A DNA stretch of 64,000 bases, taken from assembly GCA_025782575.1 (NCBI GenBank), contig JALGYY010000035.1:20670-84669 (forward strand), in the 5' to 3' direction. Positions 9,315 through 17,184 of the stretch are shown here, piece after piece. This stretch comes from a bacterium (GTDB taxonomy: Bacteria; Orphanbacterota; Orphanbacteria; Orphanbacterales; Orphanbacteraceae). The position numbers and the translations under genes are program-made. A model generated the notes under the pieces. The model searched no databases and was not told the origin of the DNA. It worked only from the letters and a program-made list of their open reading frames with translations. The first letter of the stretch is position 1. Every line of letters begins with the position of its first letter.

Positions 9315-10468
9315 CCAGGAACTTCAGGCCTGTCCGATTGCTTCGGCCAGACGGGGAGCTCCCTCCGAGATGGAGTCGTGCCGGCCTCGCGCTGCTTTCT
9401 CTCGCCTGTCTGATCAGTTCGGTCCAGGCGGGTCCTCGCCTGAAGGACATAGCCCACATTGACGTAGGTGGGGATCTTCAGCTCATCGGTTATGGACTTG
9501 TGGTCGGCCTGGACGGATCAGGGGACTCCAAATCTTCTCTGTTCACCATGCAGTCCATGGCAAACATGCTGAATCGGCTCGGGGTGACAGTCCCTGCGAA
9601 CAAGATCAAGACGAAGAACGCAGCGGCTGTGATGGCCGTCGCCCGGCTCAGCCGGCACCACCGGAAGGGAGCCACCATGGACGTCACGATCTCCTCGATC
9701 GGTGACGCCGGAAGCCTCGAAGGAGGGACTCTCCTTCTCACCCCCCTTGCGACGCCTGACGGACAGGTTTATGCCACGGCACAGGGACCGCTCTCGGTCG
9801 GGGGATTCTCCGTATCCGGAAGCGGAAGCGAAGAGGTGAGCCAGAATTACGTTCTTGTCGGTCGTGTGCCGGGAGGGGCGATAGTGGAACGGCAGTGGAC
9901 CGACGGGAAAGTATCGGAGACTGTGACGATCCTGCTGTATGAGGCGGACTTCACAACCGCCCGGCGCGTCGTGGATGCGATCAACCGTGAGCTGGGAGTC
10001 GAAGCCGCGCGCGCACTCGATGCGGGAACGATCTCGCTCGACCCGGCAATCGCCGGAGGCAGCACCGATCGAGTCACTCTGCTCTCTCGTATTGAGAGAG
10101 TGGAGGTCGATCCGGACGCCGCGGCACGGATCGTCGTGAATGAGCGGACAGGGACGATCGTCGCCGGTCAGAATGTAACGATCTCCAGCGTAGCAATCGC
10201 CCACGGCAATCTCACCGTCCAGATCCGAAGCGAGCCCGTAATCTCCCAACCCGCTCCCTTCTCCGAGGGCGAGACAATCCAGACCGAGAGGTCACATGTG
10301 ACCGTCAACCAGGAGAGCACAGGACTGATCCCCCTTACCGAGTCCGCCAATGTGGGCGATCTCGCCCGGGCACTGAACGCTCTTGGAGTAACTCCGCGAG
10401 ACATGATCGCCATTTTTCAGGCCTTAAAAGAAGCCGGCGCCCTGCGGGCCGAGCTGCGGATACTTTAG
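9302..10468 (+). CDS. flgI: Flagellar P-ring protein FlgI
   Basis: RLKDIA, L.GYGLVVGL.G.GD, SL.GG.LL.TPL, NERTGTIV, AGAL.AEL; true start may be slightly downstream. Confidence 0.97.
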   Translation: MDLLTRNFRPVRLLRPDGELPPRWSRAGLALLSLACLISSVQAGPRLKDIAHIDVGGDLQLIGYGLVVGLDGSGDSKSSLFTMQSMANMLNRLGVTVPANKIKTKNAAAVMAVARLSRHHRKGATMDVTISSIGDAGSLEGGTLLLTPLATPDGQVYATAQGPLSVGGFSVSGSGSEEVSQNYVLVGRVPGGAIVERQWTDGKVSETVTILLYEADFTTARRVVDAINRELGVEAARALDAGTISLDPAIAGGSTDRVTLLSRIERVEVDPDAAARIVVNERTGTIVAGQNVTISSVAIAHGNLTVQIRSEPVISQPAPFSEGETIQTERSHVTVNQESTGLIPLTESANVGDLARALNALGVTPRDMIAIFQALKEAGALRAELRIL

Positions 10469-10470
10469 AC

Positions 10471-11319
10471 ATGCCCACCGAGTCGATCACACTGCAGACG
10501 AATCTGATCCCCCTCGAACGGAAGCATTCCGGCCGATCATACAAGCTTGGTGATGATGCCCTTCCACCGGAGCGGGAGGGAGAGGGTCTCCGTCGGGTAG
10601 CGCAGGAGTTCGAAGCGCTGTTTCTAACGAAGCTCATCCGTTCCATGCGCTCCGCCTCCGAGATCCTCTCGAGCGATGACGAGGCGGCGGGGGCGGGCAT
10701 GATGCGGGAGATGATGGACGAGCATCTGGCCAGGGAACTGAGCGCCCAAGGAGGAATCGGTCTCTCCAGACTGTTTGAGGATCGTTACGGCGACCCGGCC
10801 GGGCAGATCAGGCGGATTGGGAGAGGATCATTGGAACCCCCCGTACGGATTGCATTTGAATCCTATGAAAAGGTCCGATCAGGGGAAACTCAGGGAAAGG
10901 GTGGTCTCGATCGATACAGTGCAATCATTGACCGGGTGGCTAAAGAAAACGATCTCAGCCCCGATTTGCTTCGTGCAGTCATTCTGCAGGAATCAGGGGG
11001 CAATGCGAGGGCGATCTCGTCAGCCGGAGCCAAAGGACTGATGCAATTGATGGATACAACTGCAACGGACATGGGTGTACGAAGGCCGTTCGACCCGGCC
11101 GAAAACATTGCCGGTGGAGCGCGGTATCTCCGGCTCCAGCTCGATCGATGGGAAGGGGATCTCAAGAAGGCTCTCGCCGCCTACAACGCCGGCCCCGGAA
11201 CAGTCGAGCGATACGGTGGCATCCCCCCCTATCCCGAAACACAAGAATACGTGCGGAACGTGATGGGTTACTACGAAGGCCTGGAACGGCTCGGTCAACC
11301 CGGCACTACGGAGGATTAA
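10471..11319 (+). CDS. flgJ: FlgJ rod-binding domain fused to a lytic transglycosylase (SLT) domain
   Basis: N-term LR.VAQEFEA.F.....SMR and GGIGL; C-term AVI.QESGG, GA.GLMQLM, AAYNAG. Confidence 0.85.
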   Translation: MPTESITLQTNLIPLERKHSGRSYKLGDDALPPEREGEGLRRVAQEFEALFLTKLIRSMRSASEILSSDDEAAGAGMMREMMDEHLARELSAQGGIGLSRLFEDRYGDPAGQIRRIGRGSLEPPVRIAFESYEKVRSGETQGKGGLDRYSAIIDRVAKENDLSPDLLRAVILQESGGNARAISSAGAKGLMQLMDTTATDMGVRRPFDPAENIAGGARYLRLQLDRWEGDLKKALAAYNAGPGTVERYGGIPPYPETQEYVRNVMGYYEGLERLGQPGTTED

Positions 11320-11322
11320 TCG

Positions 11323-11820
11323 TTGGAGAACCTCATGCACGATCTGGGTGCCCTTCTGAATGAACAGGTGGGAGCCCTCCAACTCCTCGAGGAGGTCATC
11401 CGCAGGCAAAGGAAATTCCTGAGAGGACGGGATGTCCCCGGAATCATCGAGACCGTATCCGATCAAGGCCGCTGCCTGGAGAAGGTACACAGACTCGACC
11501 GTGAGAGGGCCCGGATCGTCCGCTCTCTCTCCGCCGATCTCGGCCTTCCGGGTGATTCTACTCTGACAACGGTTGCGAACCGGATGGACGGTGCCGCCGG
11601 TGAGGAGATTCGAGCGCTCGGTGTTGCCATGCGATCGACGCTCGAGAATATCGAGCGAGTCAACCGGGACAACCGGAGAGTGCTGCAACAATCCCTGAAA
11701 CTCGTGCAGGAAATGATGAGCGCCGCGGTGGGGTCGAAATCGACAGCCACCACATACGGTGACTCCGGAGCAATCGAACCCCAGCGGCAGTCGAGAACGC
11801 TCGTCGACCGAACTACCTGA
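11323..11820 (+). CDS. flgN: Flagellar export chaperone FlgN
   Basis: Helical 165 aa protein, N..N..VL, TY...G, C-terminal VD; directly before flgK. Confidence 0.8.
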   Translation: MENLMHDLGALLNEQVGALQLLEEVIRRQRKFLRGRDVPGIIETVSDQGRCLEKVHRLDRERARIVRSLSADLGLPGDSTLTTVANRMDGAAGEEIRALGVAMRSTLENIERVNRDNRRVLQQSLKLVQEMMSAAVGSKSTATTYGDSGAIEPQRQSRTLVDRTT

Positions 11821-11829
11821 GGTGTTGAG

Positions 11830-13209
11830 ATGGTCAGTCTACACGCCAGTCTAGAAATCGCCCGTCGGGCGCTGCAAACCCATCAGCTCGCGATGAGCGT
11901 CATCGGATCGAACATCGCGAACGTAAACACTCCGGGCTACTCCCGCCGGACTACCGTGATTCGTCAAACCACCGATTTCGATACACGGGCGGGCATGGTC
12001 GGTACAGGTGTGGAAGCGATCGACGTCCGGCGAGGCCGCGACATCGTTCTCGACGGTCTCTTCAGGCGTCAAAACTCCAATGTCGGTCGCTGGGACGCCC
12101 AATCCAGTTATTTGCGCCGAGTGGAAACCATATTGAGCGAGCCGGGCGAGGGTGGACTCAGCAGCTCCATGGCACGGTTCTGGGAATCGTGGCATGAGCT
12201 TGCCAAGGAACCGGATAACCTTGCACTCCGTGGCCAGGTCATTGCGCGTGCTAATGCACTGGCCGATACGTTTCACGGGCTCGACTCTCATCTCACGTCG
12301 CTTCAGGGAAGTCTGACAAATGATATTACGGGCGAGATAGACCAGATCAACCGGATTTCGGACCAGATCGCGACAATCAACAAGTCGATTGTCGAAGGAG
12401 AAGTGGAAGGGCACGAAGCGAATGCTCTCCGTGACCAGCGGGACCTTCTTATCGATCAGCTTTCTGAAATCGTCGACGTTCAGGTAACGGAGCAGGCAGC
12501 CGGATCCGTTCTCGTCCAGATCGGCTCCCAGGTTCTCGTCCAGGACGGCACGAGTCGCAATCTGGAGCTCGAAACCGGAACCGGGAACACAACGTGGTCC
12601 TCCCGCCTTGTATGGAAGGGGGGCACCACCGAGGCTGTCGTCACCGGAGGCAGGCTCCGCGGTTACCTGGTAGCCAGAGATGAAGCGATCGCGAGCTACC
12701 GCAATGATCTCGATGCGCTCGCCTCGACATTCGTGAGCCAGGTGAACGCCACGCATGCGGCCGGTACCGCTCTGGACGGCTCAACCGGCAATCTATTCTT
12801 TGATCCCACCGGCACGACTGCAAAGGACATCAGCATCAGCGATGCCGTCGCGGCCAATCTTGATTTGATCGCTGCTTCGGCAGGCGGGCAGGTCGGCGAC
12901 GGTGACCAGGCCCTGGCAATTGCCAATCTGCAAACCGGCCTTACCATGTCAGGCGGATCCGCTACTTTCGACAGTTTCTATAACACACTGACAGGGAGAA
13001 TCGGCCTGGAAGCCCAGGAGTCAAACTCGCTCCTGGACATGGAAGAAGTTCTACGACTTGATATCGAGAATCAACGACTCCAGGTGAGCGGTGTTTCCCT
13101 CGACGAGGAGATGTCGCTCCTCATATCCCATCAGCATGCTTACCAAGCAATGGTCCGGGTCACCGCCACCATCGACGAAATGATGTCGACGCTGATCAGC
13201 GCCATCTAA
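11830..13209 (+). CDS. flgK: Hook-associated protein FlgK
   Basis: NIANVNTPGYSR, N.LRDQRD.L...LS, VSGVSLDEEM. Confidence 0.97.
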   Translation: MVSLHASLEIARRALQTHQLAMSVIGSNIANVNTPGYSRRTTVIRQTTDFDTRAGMVGTGVEAIDVRRGRDIVLDGLFRRQNSNVGRWDAQSSYLRRVETILSEPGEGGLSSSMARFWESWHELAKEPDNLALRGQVIARANALADTFHGLDSHLTSLQGSLTNDITGEIDQINRISDQIATINKSIVEGEVEGHEANALRDQRDLLIDQLSEIVDVQVTEQAAGSVLVQIGSQVLVQDGTSRNLELETGTGNTTWSSRLVWKGGTTEAVVTGGRLRGYLVARDEAIASYRNDLDALASTFVSQVNATHAAGTALDGSTGNLFFDPTGTTAKDISISDAVAANLDLIAASAGGQVGDGDQALAIANLQTGLTMSGGSATFDSFYNTLTGRIGLEAQESNSLLDMEEVLRLDIENQRLQVSGVSLDEEMSLLISHQHAYQAMVRVTATIDEMMSTLISAI

Positions 13210-13220
13210 AGGAGGATCCC

Positions 13221-14330
13221 GTGCGTATTCCGTCAAACTCCTTGCAGCTGAACATGACTTTCACGCTGAACCGGACCCTGGAACGCATTCAGCAGCAACA
13301 GATCCGTCTTGCCACCGGGAGGAGGATCCAGCGCCCCTCCGACGATCCCGGCGGAGTCATGCGGGCTCTCTCTCTCCGAAGGCAGATCAATGAGAACAGG
13401 CAATATCAAAGCAATATTCAGGACGGGCTGACATGGGTCACGGGTACGGAAGGGCCGCTGAACAACATAGTGGACCTTTTGAACGAACTGAAAGAAACCG
13501 CGATCCGGGCGGCGGATGACTCAGCGGATGATCGGGCACCGTTCGGCACGATCGTAGACGATCTCCTGAACGCGATGCTGGGGGAAAGCCGCGCCAAAGT
13601 GAACGGGCGTTATGTCTTTTCTGGTTTTCAGACAGACACTCCGCCGTTCATTACCAATAGTTCCATCAGCGATGAAGTATTAACAGCCGGGGCCACCGGG
13701 ACAGCCGTCAATCTGATCAACGCACGAATTGAATCGGGCACCGTCGTCCTTACCGATCTCTCCGGTGCAACGACCTACACCGAAGGGGTAGACTACTCCG
13801 TCGATTACGACGTGGGGACGATCACCCCCCTTTCCGGAGGGGCCCTCGCGAGCGGCACCGATTATCTCGCATCCTATGACACACAGAACACCAGTTCCGT
13901 AACTCCGATCGCCGATCTCGGGGGAGATGTTGTCAGGCAGATCGACTCGGACAGGACCATTCAGGTCAATCTCCTTGGCACTGATTTGTTCCAGGGGTCC
14001 GTGGACGTCTTCCAATTGACGATTGACTTGAAGAACGCACTTTGGAAGAACGATTCCGATGCTGTACGCGGCCTGCTCGATTCGATCGATCAAGCAATCG
14101 ATCACACCACAGAACAATTGGGAGTCATCGGCACTCGGGCCGCCTCCCTGCAACGAAACAATCAAATGCTGGCCTCCACCGAAATCGGGTTGGAGGAGTA
14201 TCTATCCTTGGTCGAGCATACCGATCTCGCCGAAGCGGTAATTCAGCTTCAGACCGAACAGGCCGCCTATGAGTCGGCTCTGGCCGCCACGGCCCGATTG
14301 ATGCAGGTCAACATGTTGAGCTTCCTGTAG
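13221..14330 (+). CDS. flgL: Hook-associated protein FlgL with an internal beta-rich insert
   Basis: ATGRRI.RPSDDP, GRYVFSG..T.T.PF, D.AEA......AYE.AL; follows flgK. Confidence 0.95.
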   Translation: MRIPSNSLQLNMTFTLNRTLERIQQQQIRLATGRRIQRPSDDPGGVMRALSLRRQINENRQYQSNIQDGLTWVTGTEGPLNNIVDLLNELKETAIRAADDSADDRAPFGTIVDDLLNAMLGESRAKVNGRYVFSGFQTDTPPFITNSSISDEVLTAGATGTAVNLINARIESGTVVLTDLSGATTYTEGVDYSVDYDVGTITPLSGGALASGTDYLASYDTQNTSSVTPIADLGGDVVRQIDSDRTIQVNLLGTDLFQGSVDVFQLTIDLKNALWKNDSDAVRGLLDSIDQAIDHTTEQLGVIGTRAASLQRNNQMLASTEIGLEEYLSLVEHTDLAEAVIQLQTEQAAYESALAATARLMQVNMLSFL

Positions 14331-14340
14331 GAGAATCAGA

Positions 14341-14811
14341 GTGAATGACAATCACCAGATGATCTCCACATCCCGCTTCGGAACGATTCAGGTATCCCCG
14401 GACAATCTCTACGAATTCCCCGGCGGTCTTTTTGGCTTTCCTGATTGCCGGCGGGTCGTGCTGATCGACCGGGATTCGGATGCACCGTTCCTTTGGCTCC
14501 AGTCGGTCGATGACGGGAATCTGGCCTTCGTCCTCATCGACCCGACCCTCTTTGATTCAAGCTACGCCCCGCCCGAGTCGCCGGAGGTTCTTACTTCGCT
14601 CGAGTGTCCTGATATCACCGAACTCGTAACTCTCGCGATCGTGGGAATCCCTGATGACGTAAGCGGTATGACCGCCAATCTCAAAGGCCCGATTCTGCTG
14701 AATCCGACGTCCCATCTGGGTAGGCAGATCATTCACAGCGGCGACTATTCTTCGCGGGTCCACATTCTTGACGCCATTCAATCCGGGTGCCGGGCATCCG
14801 GAAGCACCTAG
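14341..14811 (+). CDS. fliW: Flagellar assembly factor FliW
   Basis: TSRFG, F..GL.GF, PF.WLQS, TANLKGP. Confidence 0.94.
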   Translation: MNDNHQMISTSRFGTIQVSPDNLYEFPGGLFGFPDCRRVVLIDRDSDAPFLWLQSVDDGNLAFVLIDPTLFDSSYAPPESPEVLTSLECPDITELVTLAIVGIPDDVSGMTANLKGPILLNPTSHLGRQIIHSGDYSSRVHILDAIQSGCRASGST

Positions 14812-14822
14812 CGAGAAGACCC

Positions 14823-15014
14823 ATGTTGCTCATCACAAGAAGATCAGGCCAGTCGATCCGAATCGGCGAAGACATCGTCATCACGATCCGGACCGTCCGA
14901 GGCAAGCAGGTTCAGGTTGCGATAGAAGCGCCACTCGACATCATCGTCGTTCGCACCGAGCTCCCCCCGAAGGAAATCGCCGGCGGGGCGGAGGAACCGG
15001 CCCATGATCGTTGA
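14823..15014 (+). CDS. csrA: Carbon storage regulator CsrA (atypical C-terminus)
   Basis: MLLITRR.GQSI.IG.DI.ITI....G.QV...I.AP....R.E; adjacent to fliW. Confidence 0.9.
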   Translation: MLLITRRSGQSIRIGEDIVITIRTVRGKQVQVAIEAPLDIIVVRTELPPKEIAGGAEEPAHDR

Positions 15015-16143
15015 TCTCGATTGCCGCCATTTCCCCGGCGACAGGCCGTGCGTCCATCACAAGACTTCCGGGGCTATCTGTGAAACCTGTAAACATGGCG
15101 AGAAGGTCGGATTCCGAGTCCTGATTATTAAGCTCGATGCCCTGGGCGATGTCCTTCGGACCACGTGCATCCTTCCGGCAATCAGGAGCGAGTGGCCCAG
15201 GTGTCAGATCACATGGATTACCTCGCCTGAGGCGATCCCCCTGCTCTCCGGCAATCCACTGATCGATGAGCGCTGCTCACTGCATGATGCGCCTGCCCGC
15301 CTGGCCGCAGAGCATTTTGACCTTGTCCTCAATCCCGATGCCTCCAAACGAAGCGCCGCCCTGGCGTCGATGGCGAGTGCGAATGAGAAGCGAGGTTATC
15401 TGCTTCGCCCAGACGGCCAGGTCGTCCCCGCGAACGACGAAGCGGCTGACTGGCTCGTGCTGGGGGCGAGGGATGACATGAAGAAGGCCAACCGTGAAAC
15501 TTATCAGTCCCACATTCATCGGCAGCTATGCCTTGATCCGTCCGAGCAGCAAATCTCACTGATTTTGACAGCCTCCGAACGTGAAGACGCGCGCCGGCTT
15601 CTCGCTAAGTCAGGTGTATCGGAGCGACCGATGGTCGGATTGAACACCGGATCCAGCAAGAGATGGAAACACAAGAGCTGGATACCGGAGAGATTCGCGG
15701 AACTGGCTAGACTTCTTGCAGGAGAAAAGTGCGGACCGGTTGTTCTTATCGGCGGACCTGCGGAGCAGGATCAGAACCGCTGGATTGAAAAAGCGAGCGG
15801 TGGGTCGGCAGTGGCGATCGACACGGGGTCCGGCCTCAGAGCGTATGCGGCTCTCGTAGGATCGTGCGGCGTGCTCGTTACCGGCGACACCCTGGGACTC
15901 CACGTTGCGATCGCTCTTGAGCGGCGGGTGGTGGCGCTTTTCGGACCGACATCATCGTCGGAGATCGATCTATACGGCTGCGGAATCCGCGTGGTTCCCG
16001 ACCTGGATTGTATTTGCTGTTATCAAGGAGACTGCGATGTCTCTCCCCATTGCATGGAATCCATTTCTGTTGAATCGGTCCTTTCAAAAATTCTCGATCA
16101 GGCCGGCCTCGTCCCTGAGGGGATGCTCGCCCAAACCATCTGA
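15004..16143 (+). CDS. Glycosyltransferase family 9 (heptosyltransferase-like) with Cys-rich termini
   Basis: LIIKLDALGDVLRT, K.W..E.F, TGDT..LH.A.A, LFGPT. Confidence 0.88.
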   Translation: MIVDLDCRHFPGDRPCVHHKTSGAICETCKHGEKVGFRVLIIKLDALGDVLRTTCILPAIRSEWPRCQITWITSPEAIPLLSGNPLIDERCSLHDAPARLAAEHFDLVLNPDASKRSAALASMASANEKRGYLLRPDGQVVPANDEAADWLVLGARDDMKKANRETYQSHIHRQLCLDPSEQQISLILTASEREDARRLLAKSGVSERPMVGLNTGSSKRWKHKSWIPERFAELARLLAGEKCGPVVLIGGPAEQDQNRWIEKASGGSAVAIDTGSGLRAYAALVGSCGVLVTGDTLGLHVAIALERRVVALFGPTSSSEIDLYGCGIRVVPDLDCICCYQGDCDVSPHCMESISVESVLSKILDQAGLVPEGMLAQTI

Positions 16144-16160
16144 AGGAGGAAGTGAAGAAA

Positions 16161-17162
16161 ATGGAGTTTACCGGCGAGCGACTCGTTCCCACGGCGGATG
16201 GCTGGGACGACCTCTTCTTCGAGCACATCACTCGCTATCGGTTCGCGGCGTCATTGGTGAAAGGCAAGCACGTTCTCGACGCGGGATCAGGGTGCGGTTA
16301 CGGCGCCTGTCACATGGCACGTCGCGGCGCTCAATCTGTTTCCGGGATCGATATCGCGTCGGAAGCGGTGAATTACGCACGTGAGCACTTCAAAGAGGAT
16401 GGTCTCCGGTTCGATACCGCCGACGTGCTCGACACCGGCCTCGAGACGGGGAGCTTTGATCGCATCGTCTCTTTCGAGGTTTTTGAGCATGTGGAGCGGC
16501 CCGATCGATTTCTGAACGAGATGAAACGTCTGCTCGCTCCAGGCGGCCTCTTTCTGGTTTCCACTCCCAACGTGCATACATATGTGGCCGGGGGCAAGGA
16601 CGGTGAGAATCCATTTCATGTAAAGGAATATTCCCCGGATGAATTCCAGGAGCTGCTGGAAGCGAGCTTCTCTGTTATTGAACTCTACGCTCAGACAGGG
16701 ACTGCCGGTATCGGAATCATTCCCTGTCACACAGGCGAAGACCGAAGCCCGGAATGCCACGCCCGTCTCGGGCTCGTTTTCCCACCCTCCGAATCTCCGT
16801 GGGGCGAACCGGCTCCCCCACGTGTCGACATCGACACATGCTCCTACATGATTGCGATCTGCGCCATGGAGCCGATCCCCGCCGACCTTCTTCCCTCGCC
16901 GGAATGGTACGTGCTCGGGGAGTCACTTTCCGGCAGGGATGCCGATTATCAGTCCGTTCAAGAGCTTCAGGAAAACCTGATCTCTCGCACGCGGTGGGTA
17001 GAAGAGTTGCAGCGAGAAATCGATCACCGTGATCAGACGATTCGCACACTCCAGGCAGAATTTGATGACCGATCCAGATGGGCGCTCGAACTCGATGCGA
17101 AAGTCAGGGAGCTGACCAGCCAGATCGGCAAGCTTAAGAACCGGGCGGGAATCAGCCCGTGA
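16161..17162 (+). CDS. Class I SAM-dependent methyltransferase with C-terminal coiled coil
   Basis: FTGER, H..RY.FA, VLDAGSG.GYG motif I, FEVFEH, STPN; heptad-rich tail; alternative GTG start at 16152. Confidence 0.9.
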   Translation: MEFTGERLVPTADGWDDLFFEHITRYRFAASLVKGKHVLDAGSGCGYGACHMARRGAQSVSGIDIASEAVNYAREHFKEDGLRFDTADVLDTGLETGSFDRIVSFEVFEHVERPDRFLNEMKRLLAPGGLFLVSTPNVHTYVAGGKDGENPFHVKEYSPDEFQELLEASFSVIELYAQTGTAGIGIIPCHTGEDRSPECHARLGLVFPPSESPWGEPAPPRVDIDTCSYMIAICAMEPIPADLLPSPEWYVLGESLSGRDADYQSVQELQENLISRTRWVEELQREIDHRDQTIRTLQAEFDDRSRWALELDAKVRELTSQIGKLKNRAGISP

Positions 17163-17184
17163 ACTCCAGGGAAGGAGCTTCGTC

